DNA of 64,000 bases from Octopus vulgaris. Lineage: Eukaryota. The notes under the pieces are model-generated. The model searched no databases. It was not told the DNA's origin and saw only the letters and a list, made by a program, of their open reading frames with translations. The translations under genes and the position numbers were made by a program. The DNA is taken from positions 120,404,001 to 120,468,000 of the forward strand of contig OX597817.1 of assembly GCA_951406725.2 (NCBI GenBank). The letters run 5' to 3'. This document shows positions 1-12,169 of the stretch, in pieces. The first letter of the stretch is position 1. Each line of letters opens with the position of its first letter.

Positions 1-1060
1 AGAAACTAAAGCAATGTAGAATTACGTATTTTGTACAGAATTTAAATGAAAAGCAAACAGCGGGTATTCATTTCTAACCTTTGAGCTGGAACTCCAATTA
101 TCTATTCAGCTATTTTGCCTCTACTTGCTGTATATGATAGTAAATAAAAGAATGTAAAGTATCTCTTTCTTAATTAAGCTCATACACAGTAGAAGTGTAT
201 CAATCGTCTAGGTTACAGAAATGACAGGGCTGACATTATTCCTCCACAAAACAATAAAATTAACTCTAGTTATTATTATAAAAGAGTAGCAGAATAAATC
301 AAGTGTCTGAGGAATTCTGAATTACTTCTAGCTAAACATTAGCAAGAAGTCAGTAACTGCTGGCTATTTTTCTAGATTGTTGAGAAAGTGTATTAACTTA
401 GTTTCTGTTATATAAAAGTTCTGATTCTTTAGATATGTATTAAGTAAAAGAAGACTTTCAAATTTATGATATAATAAATTATTAAGATATTTTCATTCTA
501 AACTAAGTTAGTAATCAGATAAATTCTTGTGATTTATGGAATTATTAAAAGTATAAGAGATAGGAAAGGATTTCTTTGAAAATTATCCAAAGTCTCCATA
601 ACACTCTTGGAATAATCTTGGCCAGATCACATATGGGGTATATTCAACATAAATATATCAAATAATTGGCAAACTATGACATATTCTATACCTATCAGCA
701 AAGATAGTCATGATACTGCTTAAGCTTAGGATAATCAGAATCAGAAAATCTTCCTGTATTATCTATAAGTCATTAGTGATCATATTAGAGTCATGATAAG
801 ATATTATCACATGTGTACTGGTTGAATGAAGTTAAATGTTATATATATATATATATATAGTTTACAAGTCACAGAGTTCTTAAGAATTTCAAATTTTTCA
901 GGGTTAAGCAAACAGTACTCTTTATAAAGAACAACACATACACACCCACACACACACACTCATTTTCCTAAGCAAAGGTTTTTAAAAAATATGCACTCTA
1001 CACCTATCTATATCCATGTGTGTGTGTATATATGTATATATATATATAATTATAGAAGAA

Positions 1061-1180
1061 TTGGCATAAGGAAGGGCATCCAACCATAGAAACCATGCCA
1101 CCTCTTGTCAAACAGTCCAAGCCATGCCAGCATGGAAAACAGACATTAACTGATGCTGCTGCTGCTGCTGCTGCTGCTAC

Positions 1181-1210
<30 letters not shown>
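1061..1210 (+). mobile_element. RTE-clade LINE 3' terminus with (GCT)n/(GAT)n tail
   Basis: GGAAGGGCATCCA...CCATGCCAGCATGGAAAACAGACATTAA followed by a trinucleotide tail; same 3' end as the copies at 10150-10288 and 46835-46965. Confidence 0.8.
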
Positions 1211-1211
<1 letters not shown>

Positions 1212-1708
1212 TTATAGAAGAAATGTAGAATGATTCAATGTATTTATGTCATATTTATTTTTCTGATAAATTATATTCTTTATGTAAATTTGAATTTATT
1301 CGGTATAATTCCTCCAAACATAAATATAATAATGATAATAATAATAATAATAATAATAATATATATACATATATATATGTATATATGTATATATGTATAT
1401 ATATATGTATATATGAAGGTGAAAGTGATTTGTGCATTCTATCTGTTTGAAGCTTGTATTTTGTTTACTGAGAGGGTTCCAGTCATAGCTTTGATGGCTA
1501 AATGTCTGGCAGTGTCTGATCAACTAACTGTGATAGTCTTGAGACATTTCTTTTGGACTGAGTTGAGTTTGCCAAATATGCTACTGAAATAAGTCATCCA
1601 AGAAAGGCAGGATATACCATATTTCTTTAAACATGTATGTCTAAAAGAATCAGGCAGCTTGGTTGTGATTTTGTTGTCTCCTTCAGTTTCCTAAGAATTC
1701 ACATATGT

Positions 1709-2003
1709 GGAGGCACATGGCCTAGTGGTTAGAGCATCAGAGTTGCGGTTGAGGAATCACAGGTTCGAATCTTAGACCGGGTGATGTGTTTTTATGAGTG
1801 AAACACCTAAGCTTCATGTGACTCCGGCAGAAGGTAATGGCGAACTTCTGCTGACTCTTTCACCACAACTTTCTCTCACTCTTCCCTCCTGCATCTTGCA
1901 GCTCACTTGATGGACTGGCGTCCCGTCCATGTGAGGAACCTATAAGCCAAAGAAACCGGGAAACCGGCCCTTATGAGCCAGGTGTGGCTTGAGAAGGAAC
2001 AAA
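1709..2003 (+). mobile_element. Full-length tRNA-derived SINE with target-site duplication
   Basis: Head GGAGGCACATGGCCTAGTGGTTAGAGC (A box) and GGTTCGAATC (B box); TSD AAG(A/C)ATTCACATATG at 1693-1707 and 2004-2018 (14/15). Confidence 0.85.
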
Positions 2004-2269
2004 AAGCATTCACATATGATGCAGCTAAATTTTACCTATACTAGTTTACTGTTTATGGTTACTTACAGTGACAAATTGTATTTTTTTTTCATATGTAGCT
2101 AACAATTCAGAAAATATAGGACAAGATTTAATGGAATTCTTGTCCCTAATAAAACCATAGCCTTGTGCTTTTATGGCTCAGGCTCAAATTTTACCTTAGA
2201 ATTCATCCTCCAAAACTTTCAGTTTGACAAAATTTCTATTCAAGTTGGTTAATGCAGAGTCACTTATGC

Positions 2270-3570
2270 TCAGTGATCTAGTAATGAAGACAGCATGGAG
2301 TCATCAGCATAGAGGTGTGGCTTATTTTTATGGTAATTGACTAGATTATATACGAAAACTGCGAACAGAAGCGATCTAAGTGTTAAGTTTTATGGGGTTG
2401 ATGCTTTGATGTATGACAGATCACAAGATTAATTTGAAAGGGTCACTTTGATGGAGCAGAATCCTTTGATACTTTCTGGCCAATGTCCAGTTAATTGTTC
2501 CATATATATTAGAGGATAGTTACTAGAACTACTGTGTTGTGGTTTAATCAGAAGCCAAATTTTATTCTTGTGATGTGTTAATTTTTCAACAGGTAACATA
2601 GTACTTGTTTATTTCATTACTATTCTAATGATGATGAGTAATGATACAAATCAGTAGTTTGATGGATTGGTTCTGGATTCCCTTTTGTATATCATAGAGG
2701 TGATTTCCATTGGTTAAGAAATACAATGAAATTAAAGCACAATACGTAGCATTCACTTAGAAGATAGCTTGACGATTAATGGGTGGTCATCTTATTTGAT
2801 ATGTGCACTTTTCCACCACATCTTGAAAAAGTCATTGGCTCTGCCTTATTCTGTCACTAAGTGTACAGCTGTGTCAAATTTTATGATTGAAATACAGAAG
2901 AGGCATATTATTCCAAGAAGACACTTTGCAATGTGTCACCAGTTTTGGCTGCTGATGTTGAAACTTATAAAGTCTTTTCACTGTCTGATATAGTGTTTTA
3001 TTTTTGTCTAAATTGCTGTTATGTCTTTCTTTGGTAAATTTTGGTTGTTTTCTGGAATATTATTCCTTACAATTTTATGAACTAGACAATGTTTCCTTCC
3101 GGAAACTCTACTGAATTTTTCATTGAACTAAACTGGTAAACAATGAGTTTCATAACAATGAGTTGGTAACATTTAGTAAACAATGAGTTTAGGATAATGA
3201 TGTCAATGCATTTCTAATAGTTGCTGAATCCCCAGTTCAGATTTTCTCTGCATCATTTTCATAGAAAATATTAGTCTAGTTAATTAATTTAAGGTGGAAT
3301 CACATGTTCTAACTGTTTGTTGTCTTGTAGTACCAAGCTGCTCTCTTTAAGGGTTTGTTCTGGTGTATATCAATATTCAGTTTTACCAGTGCATGTTATT
3401 AGTATGTTTAAATGAGAGAAGTGATAACTGCAGGTAAACTTATTAGAACAAGGCCAGGGTTATTGCCTTCACTTTTGGATATGGTTAGCTGATGAGTTGT
3501 AGGGTCCAACAACCAATAGTGTTTGTTGTTTGGTTATCAAGAGTGTCTTCTATAATGAACTGTAAAATTT
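2270..3570 (-). pseudogene. Heavily decayed APE-type LINE ORF2 (CR1/L2/Crack group): reverse transcriptase, with probable endonuclease remnants
   Basis: Minus strand ~2410 to 2283 reads in one frame IKASTP*NLTLRSLLFAVFVYNLVNYHKNKPHLYADDSMLSSL, matching the GVPQGS.LgPLLF..F.NDL...LYADD RT motifs. Weaker EN-like text (EGNNPGLVLISLP) near 3430-3490. Outer limits uncertain. Confidence 0.7.
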
Positions 3571-4060
3571 CCTACAAGCTTGACATATTCTGTAGAAAAC
3601 ACACTCATCTTTAGGAAAAGATCAGATACAGATGATTAGTTCTGGGTACTACGTAAACAGTTCTGAGACCACGTTCTGAGACTAGAGGGTAAAAGTGGGC
3701 CTTCTAAAATAAGTTTCATCTAGAATGATGGTTGATGGTGATATTTTCCAGATATAGTAACAATGCCCTTCCAAGCTCCCCTACACAAATTAGGTCATAC
3801 AACATAGGATCTCCTGGAATTATAATACAGTCAGCTTTACAAGAAATTACTGACTGAAAGAAAGTTTCAGTTATAATTATTGCCTAAAATTTATCATTTC
3901 GTCATTGAGTATAAGTTGGGGAAATCATCCTGTTATGTGTTTAAGACTTCCTATATTTATTAACTTGATTTTAAAATGCTTATAGTTGGTTAATGATCAT
4001 GTATGTCATTTTATTTCATCCATTTAAGGATTTAGGGATAATTGAAGTCTACTTCAAGTT

Positions 4061-4420
4061 CACTCCTTGTTACAGTGAAGTGGTTTGTATGTCTCAATGA
4101 CCCTGAGAGCTATGCCAGTGGAATGCAAGATCTTGGTAGGACTCAGACTAATATAGACCACCTCTTCTCAGAGAAAAAAATGGATTTGCATAGGGCTAAG
4201 ATGCCTGACTATTAAAAAAAAAGAAAAAAAAAAGACGCAAAGTTACAGAAGCATCAGTGACAATTCAAAAGTAACAAGATGTGTGAGAGGAAGGCCTTCC
4301 TTCAGGGAGGAATATTAAACAAAGATCCAACTGGGAAGAAACAGGAAAGTATTGAGAATAGTAGAGAAGAGATGTTGATGGCCTATGATCCAATGGGAAC
4401 AAAGGACTTAAGTAAGTAAT
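4061..4420 (+). mobile_element. Short non-autonomous RTE derivative (5' UTR head joined to 3' tail)
   Basis: GTCTCAATGACCCTGAGAGCTATGCC...GGTAGG resembles an RTE 5' UTR; GTTGATGGCCTATGATCCAATGGGAACAAAGGACTTAAGTAAGTAA resembles an RTE 3' end with (TAAG)n tail; no ORF in between. Confidence 0.6.
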
Positions 4421-5298
4421 AGTTGTAGTGGGTTTAACAGAATGTAAGTGATTATTGGTGAGTGGAATCATAAGGTAGGATTGCTGTGCACTACATGGAA
4501 AGTATTGCCATCTGATTGGCCAATTCGGAATCATCTGCAGAAATGGTTTTTGATAGATAATTGGATTTCAAGACTTAGATCGCTTTCATGTTTTCAAGAT
4601 ATATCGTTAAAGAATAATTAGCTCTGTATTTATTGCTTTTGTGGCATTACTTTTTATATGTTCTTATCTGTTGTTTTTTTTCTTTTTTTGTCTGCTAAAG
4701 AGTTTTTGGCCTGGTGGTTCTGTTTGTTTAGTGACTCATAAGTAATGGGGGAGATTATCTGATTTAGATAATCCTATGTTTAAACAGTATCAGGAAGATC
4801 TTTGCTGATAGCAATAGACATATCATAGTTTGGCGACAATGTTTTATATATATATACACACATATATTATTTATATACACACACACACATATATTGTGTA
4901 TACATATCTACATACATTTATATATGTATATATACATACATAATATCTCTCTTTCTTTCTCTATCTGTCTGACTCTGTTTCTGCCTCTCTTCCTCTCTCT
5001 TCCCCTTTCTCTTCTTCTCTCTCTCCATGTGGCAATTATTAGACAAAGTAGTTTGAGTATTAGACAGATTGTTTTGCAGTGATTGTTCTGTACTCTGAGT
5101 TCCAGTCTCATTAATTTCAGTTTTATTAGCTTTCATAATCTCCGGGTCAATAAATATCAAACCAGTCCTGTACTGGGTTCAGTTCTTCCCTGCCCCTAAC
5201 ACTTGCTTTCTGTTTGTCTCTTTCTCCTCTTCTGGAAGAATTTAACTCTGATCAGATCTGGGGTGAAGCAAATGAATCTAAAGTCAGGCAGATGCTTA

Positions 5299-5335
5299 TA
5301 CACGGGGATGCTGAAAAGTTTCTGGCTTTAAGGGT
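5299..5335 (+). mobile_element. Possible mariner terminal inverted repeat fragment
   Basis: TA followed by CACGGGGATGCTGAAAAGTTTCTGGCTTT, a mariner-TIR-like motif; no partner end seen. Confidence 0.35.
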
Positions 5336-5484
5336 GTCATTAAACATTTAGTATATATATATATATATATATAGTATTTATTCATTTGCTTAGTGTTCTT
5401 AATTCCATGCAAGTCTTTTATTCTTGGTATTATTTGAGACACCATTTTAATGCAAAAGAAGCATCTTCTCTCTCAGCATTAGGG

Positions 5485-5850
5485 GTAGATTGTACAATGG
5501 CTGTGCTAATACTGCATGATAGTAAGATATGGACCTTGCATACAGAGTACTTGAGAAAAGTGTAAAGAAAGAAGTGAGCATGCTCCATTGGATATATGAA
5601 ATAAGAGTGCATGAACAACACTTTTCAAATGTGTTGAGGAAAAAGCTGGGATAAAGAGGAATCAGATATAGGGTGCAAAAAAGATGGCTGCACTGGTATA
5701 AGTATGTGATGTACTGATCACTTAATGTGGATGGAGTTTCTGTAAGAGAGAAACCTAAGAAGATATGGGATGAAGTGGTGAAATGATCTAAAGGTTTTGG
5801 ACATGACAAAGGACTGGGATATCCAGGAATATTTGCTTATTGACAAGATG
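5485..5850 (+). pseudogene. Decayed RTE ORF C-terminal region
   Basis: Frameshifted fragments such as LHDSKIWT, SMLHWI, VLRKKLG*RGIRYRVQKRWLHWYKYVM and KPKKIWDEVVK; the WDEVVK part matches the RTE C-terminus at ~46395. Confidence 0.7.
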
Positions 5851-5892
5851 TACTCAAATGGGCAAAACTAGGTTGTGTAAGTACAGTGGGTG

Positions 5893-5943
<51 letters not shown>

Positions 5944-6465
5944 ACAACTGGGTCTTTCACCCAGTTTCCATCTAAAAGTATGTCAACCATCCTTCTCTCT
6001 GATGGCGGTTTTTCCTTGATACCACTAATCTTTCTCACTGCTCTGAACCATTTTACTTAATTCTTATACTATCCTCTCCACTCTCATTTTACATTGATCT
6101 CTTCCCTGAGCCACCAAATTGTCTCTCACTCTACCCATGCCCTATATATATATATATATATATATATCTTCTCCTCCTCCCACACTCTGGCAACCTCTCC
6201 AACTACATATCTCGTGCTCACTCATCGTTCTCCTGTCTACTGTATCGTCATTGCTATTCTGCTGTTCATCACCATTATGCATCATATGCACCCTTCAACC
6301 CTATCAGATCTCTACAGTTCATAATTTCAAGTTTCTAGAGTCGAATCTTCAAACGAAAGTTCAAGTATGAAGCAGAAAACTATTGATAAGAACACTCAGA
6401 TAACGGAAACAAAAAGAAAGCACTTGATTAGATGCAAATTAACAGCAAAACAAAAAGAATAAAAA

Positions 6466-6496
<31 letters not shown>

Positions 6497-6820
6497 AAAA
6501 AAATCAGCTGCAGGTAATGCAGCTGTTATTTTAAAAACCATTCATAAAATGTCATACAGTCTCTGATATTACAAAGATACTTCAATATTGAATAAAAGAA
6601 CAAAGTGATATATCATGTAATCAAGTTATAACCAGTATATTTAGATACTGGATATAGATACGCATATCTATGTATGTGTGTGTATCCTCCTTTCATGCAG
6701 TAACATTTTTATCACATTATGGAGGAGTTATCTTAGCCATTTTACGAACATACAAAATATGTTCATTTATTTCTAGTGTCGTCAAAATTTTCACCTCACG
6801 AAATAATGAAAAGAGAAAAT

Positions 6821-6999
6821 AACAGATTTTGTATTTTTCTGAAGTACCTAACCTGGCAGGTCCATGTTGTAACTGTTCCAATTTGAAACACAATCTCAAA
6901 TGAAATCACTTTTGAAACATCAACAGAGTTTTGTATTTTTCTGAAGTACCTAACCTGGCAGGTCCATGTTGTAACTGTTCCACTATTTGGAAACACAAT
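6821..6999. repeat. Tandem duplication, two copies of a ~75-bp unit about 102 bp apart
   Basis: TTTTGTATTTTTCTGAAGTACCTAACCTGGCAGGTCCATGTTGTAACTGTTCCA is present identically twice. Confidence 0.95.
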
Positions 7000-7049
7000 G
7001 TAGACAGAAACTGCAAGAAACTCACCACTCACACACACATATATATTTA

Positions 7050-7257
7050 TATGTGTGCGTATTTGTGTTTGTGCTTGTCTCCCATCACCACTTGACAACC
7101 AGTGTTGGTGTGTTTACATCCCTGTGACTTAGTGGCTGGCATAAAAACTGATATACTAGGCATAAAATATAAATAATGGGGGCAATTTGTTCGACTAAAA
7201 TCCTTCAAGGTGGTGTTCCAGCATGGCCACAATCAAATGACTGAGACAAATAAAAGA
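7050..7257 (+). mobile_element. SINE family A (CORE-like), 3' half
   Basis: CTTGACAACCAGTGTTGGTGTGTTTAC...CCAGCATGGCCAC...AATGACTGAGAC; matches the 3' half of 56477-56880. Confidence 0.8.
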
Positions 7258-7366
7258 TTTAATCTTTTTGATATCTAGCACTAATCCCCAACTTCCCCTC
7301 TCAAATACTTCTTTTTAGTAGTGGAGCTTTTCTTCTCCTCCTACTCTGCTCTTTTTTCTGTCTTGC

Positions 7367-7615
7367 AAGTTGCATGGCAACCTCACTAGTGCTGGTAGCA
7401 TGAAGAAGTGCCCAATACACTCTGTAAAGTGGCTGGCATTTGAAAGTGCATCTTACGATAGAAATCATGCCTAAGATGACACTTTGGCTCACCAGTTCCT
7501 TGTGAAACCACCCTAACCCATGCCAGCATGAAAAGGGAACATTAAATGATGACAATGAAATTATGATGATGATGATGATGATGATGACGATGATAATGAT
7601 GATGATGATGACAAT
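7367..7615 (+). mobile_element. RTE 3' UTR with (GAT)n tail, degraded
   Basis: CCCATGCCAGCATGAAAAGGGAACATTAAATGATGAC... similar to 10240-10288. Confidence 0.7.
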
Positions 7616-9623
7616 GACCACTGCGACCACCAACCACCACCATAATGACCATGATGTTAGTGCTTACATTTTATATATCAAAGTGAATTAGTAGTCATGA
7701 TGTCAAAAATAATTGTGATGATAATGAGGATTCTTATTATGATGATTAGGATCACAATGTCAATAACGATGATAATAGTGATTTATAATGAGTATGATGA
7801 GAGTCATGACGTCATAATGGTGGTGGTGGTTGTGGTGGTGGTGGTGATAGTTATGATTGGCGATATAATAGTGACACTAATGATAACATCAATGACATTG
7901 TTCGTAATAAAAATGAAGATGGTGATGATTACGATGATGATGTTGATTGAATACATGAACTAAACAACAGTGTTAAAATGAACTGAGATATAAATACTAA
8001 CAACGGAAAGGATAATTATAAGCTTGGTTGCTACAGCAACGTTTAAGGTTGTTAATTTTAAGGCGAATAAGTTCTAAATTTGCGATTTAAACATGAAAAC
8101 AGTAGCAGCTGTTGCTTACTCGTTTATGCTGGGATTTTATGCAGATATCTTGTCTGGGAATTAGGAAAATTTCATTTTCCAACATCATCTGCTTCACTGC
8201 TTTTCTATATAGTATACTGGAAACTGAAGAACAATTCCAAAGCTAGAACATAATTATCTTAAAGGACAATTATTCTTTGTAACAATATATTGACAGTATG
8301 TTCTTTTGGGGGTTTTTCTTTTTTCATATTTTTTTCTGTGTAATTTACGTAGTCACTCATTTTTATATTTCTGTAAGCCAATTTGTCTTCTTTCATTTGT
8401 TTAATCTTCTTTATCATAACATCTCTTTAATAGTTTATCATAGTTTATTTTCGTTAGTATAAGTCACCAGTTAAGAAAGGGCAACAAGTAATAAATTCTA
8501 ATGATATTTAATGATTTCCAAGTGCCAAATTGGCTCTTTAAAGACTAAAATATCTGACACCCTATATCATCTTTGTGGCTTTTGCAGCTTGGCCATTCTT
8601 TAAATAAACCAATTTTTTTTTTTTAAATCACAGCTACTTAACATGGAAAACTGTTAACATCTCTAATAGAATAAATACAATCAACCATACTGTAAAACAC
8701 ATACACACACACACACTTATGCACACACAAACACAACAAAGAAGATAATTTTTTGTTTTCTTTTTTATTTATTTCATTCTAGTTCTTTGTACTTTTTAGA
8801 TAGAAATAAACAAACAAAAAAAGTGATTATAAATAACTTTAGAGATAGAAAATCATAGCAACAATGCCCAAAAGGAAAATAACAAGACAGATAACAACAG
8901 TAAGTAATTATTATTACTAGAAATATTGATAGAATCAGTGGAGCATCAAACAAAATCACTTGTTATGGCTTATTTGTTCTGATTCTTCGGAATTTGAGTT
9001 CAAATCCTTCTAACATCTTACAGCCATTTTGGGGTTGATATACTGAAGTACCAATGAAGTTCCATTACATTATATAATCAAAGCAATCATCTATTCTCAC
9101 TCTACAAATTTCAGGCAGTGTCCCTAATTTGGACAGAGCATTATCATCATCATCATCATCGATATCATCGTCGTCATCACCACCACCACCACCACCAGAA
9201 TGGAGCAAAAGAATACAGCAGTGGTAAAAATAGGTCCAAGGTGGATTGTGGGGGAGGGGGGCATGGACATAGATTTTAGGTAGCTTGGCAGGTTTGTTGT
9301 GGAGGCTCCACATTCAAGTTACCTCTACTTTCAGATCTCTGTTTTTGGTGAGTGCATCTCTGTTTCTTTTCGAGATACATAGTGCTAAAAATTCGAAACC
9401 ATCATTATTATTATCATTATTATTTAAATTTTATTGTTAATAAATTGCCAGTCATGAATTAGGGGGTCAATGTATTACTGTCCAGCACTTTCAAAATTTC
9501 TAGCCTTGTGCTTGTGCAAAAAGATCATCATTACCATTATCTTTGTCATCATCATCATCATTATCATTATTGACAACAGCAACATCAAAAGCAGCAATGT
9601 AGTAGTAGTAGTAGTGTTAACAT

Positions 9624-10288
9624 TTAACGAAGCATTAACTAGTGACCGATACTTTTGGAAATATGCTGTCCTTGAGAAGACCTGGCAAGTCAAGTGAGAG
9701 CATAACCTTGTGGCCTATTCCAGGGGTGTAACCAGCCCACTTATGTGAACCTTTCCTTCATTGGACACTAAACTTTGCTTGCGAAGACCTGTTGAGGCAA
9801 GTGAGTTTGAAATCAAGTTCGATGACTGGCATCCGTTCTAGTGGAGTGCTAAGAGTACCATCCGAACATGATCGTTGGCAGAGCAGCTAACTGGCTTCCG
9901 TCCGGTGGCACGTAAAAAGCACCATTCAAGCGTGATCATTACCAGCATCGCCTTACTGGCACTTGTGCCAGTGGCTCGTGAAAAAACATTCGAGTGAGGT
10001 CATTGCCAGTGCCACTGGACTGGCTCCTGTGCAGGTGGCACATAAAAAAAACACCATATGAGTGTGGCTGTTGCCAGTACCACCTGACTGGCTCTTGTGC
10101 TGGTGACACGTAAAAGCACCCACTACACTCTTGGAGTGGTTGGCATTAGGAAGGGCATCCAGCTGTAGAAACCCTGCCAGATCAAGATTGGATCCTGGTG
10201 CAGCCATCTGCTTCACCAGTCCTCAGTCAAATCGTCCAACCCATGCTAGCATGGAAAGCGGACGTTAAATGATGATGATGATGATGAT
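9624..10288 (+). mobile_element. 5'-truncated RTE LINE: ORF C-terminus, internally repetitive 3' UTR and (GAT)n tail
   Basis: EALTSDRYFWKYAVLEKTWQVK* then repeated GGTGGCACGTAAAAAGCACC units, ending CATGGAAAGCGGACGTTAAATGATGATG. Confidence 0.9.
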
Positions 10289-10600
10289 TTTAATGTGCTA
10301 TTATGCTAATGTGTTAGTACGTAAATATTATTCTGTGATGAAGGTGATTTATAGGAATCTGTTTGAACAACAGGTTAAAACATATTCATTAAAAAAGAAA
10401 AAGAATGGTATCTTAAAGATAGTAAACATCAACAACAACAATAACAACAACAAAATATAAATATCTGCCCATAACTCAATACCTTTAAGCCGTTTAAGAG
10501 ATCTTTTAGAGTTGATCAATAATGAGTTGATATATACAAATGGTGTTATATGCACACACATACACACATATATAGGCACACACACATATATATGTATGCA

Positions 10601-10644
<44 letters not shown>

Positions 10645-11015
10645 CATACATACATATATAGATACATACATATATATATATATATATATACATATATAGA
10701 TACATATATATACATACATACAAATATATATATATATATATTTATTTATTTATATATATATACACATACACACACAAACACTGTGCAGGTTCACACACAA
10801 GAAACAAACGCACACATACACGTATAAAGAAAGAGAAAGAAGAGTGAGAGAAAGAAACCTATGGAAATAAATGTAAAGAATTATTATCCACAATACTCCA
10901 AAGAGGAAACTGAGTAACAATATTCTAGGCTTAATCAGGGTTACATTAATATATGTACTTGTCTTTACATGTGTACAGCAGACTGTTTATTTCTATTCAT
11001 ATATATTCTGTATAT

Positions 11016-11061
<46 letters not shown>

Positions 11062-11065
<4 letters not shown>

Positions 11066-11345
11066 ATCCAAACAAGAAAACAAAAAAGACAACAACGCTA
11101 CAGGTGGAACAATTAAAGTATTATTAGGCACTCAGGAAAAAAGGGAAGAAGGAGGGTATGACGTTTCGAGTGGAGCTCTTCGTCGGAAACATAAGAGAAA
11201 GAAAGATCCCGAGGTGGGAGGACAGAGGGAAAAAAAGCGCGAGTGGTCTTCACGAGGTAAACGTACCGAAAGGCGGAAGTTGTAGACGAGAGGGGACAGG
11301 TTTTCAAAGACAGGAGAGCGGAAAAAGAAGGAAAGTAAAACACAA
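11062..11345 (-). mobile_element. Penelope-like element terminal-repeat fragment next to (AT)n
   Basis: CpG-rich island between (AT)n tracts containing a minimal hammerhead-like motif ending CTCGAAACGTC. Confidence 0.6.
11156..11192 (-). ncRNA. Minimal type-I hammerhead ribozyme-like motif, CCGACGA core variant
   Basis: Minus strand ATGTTT-CCGACGA-A-GAG(CTCCA)CTC-GAAAC-GTC-ATAC; palindromic stem III (ACGT), GUC triplet. Confidence 0.55.
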
Positions 11346-11749
11346 TGAGTGAGATGAAGAGTGTGTGTATGTGAGTGTGTGCGTGTATATATATATATAT
11401 ATATATACTACTCACTTCAGTATCACACCACCACCACCACCACCACCGATACCTTTTCTCTACCTATCCCTTAATGCAGCCCCATCATATCACCCCTATT
11501 CACATATCTCACATTCTTTTACTCCTTACCTTCTCATCTCTTCCTATACCTTCTCCACACCTCTCCCATCTTCCCATCACATTATCTTGTCCACCAACTA
11601 ACACTCCCTTTCTCACTTCCTTCACCTTTCTCTTTTTTTCTTTTTCTTTTCTTCACTCTTTGTTTTTTCTCTCTCCCTTTTTCTTTTTTCTCTCTTTCTT
11701 CCTCTCATTTTCTCTTCTTGTTTTAAGTTTGACCTATCTCCTCTTTCTA

Positions 11750-12160
11750 ATCATATACATATCTCCTTCCCCCATCTATCCAGTAATACTACCAATACAT
11801 TCTCAAATTTTCATTCACACCATAAAACCCTTTCGAATGAGCAACACTGATTCCACAGCTCCATACTTTGAAATGACTAAACATAAACTGCTATTGGAAC
11901 TTACACACCATGTACAAGAAACTTTTTTACCACCTCTATATACCATTTTCCTTGAATAATGGAACTGCAAGTACAATATCCTTATATATTTTGTTTCTCT
12001 TATTTCCCTGTATATTCCCTATCTCCTCCTTTTCCACAATAATTCAAACTGATGAAGCGGATATCCATAATATCTCTGAAACAGCTGTGAGACTATTTCA
12101 CTACAAATGTCCTGAAAACTCCTCGCAGCCTTGGATTTGTTATCTCATTCTGTCTAATAT
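11750..12160 (+). mobile_element. Penelope-like element 3' fragment with degenerate hammerhead at 12043-12098
   Basis: CTGATGA-AGCGGATAT(ccata)ATATCTCT-GAAAC-AGCT-GTG-AGACT; downstream CCTTGGATTTGTTATCTCATT is homologous to the minus-strand fragment at 34240-34350. Confidence 0.65.
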
Positions 12161-12169
12161 ACTGATGTA

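Noticed and set aside
1709-1781. tRNA gene (also the heads at ~23487, 31198, 56082 and 56477)
   Set aside because: A/B boxes are present but no complete cloverleaf; each continues into a SINE body.
3489-3520. CTGATGA-GTTGT...ACAAC as a hammerhead
   Set aside because: A stem follows the box but there is no GAAA; it lies inside the LINE fossil.
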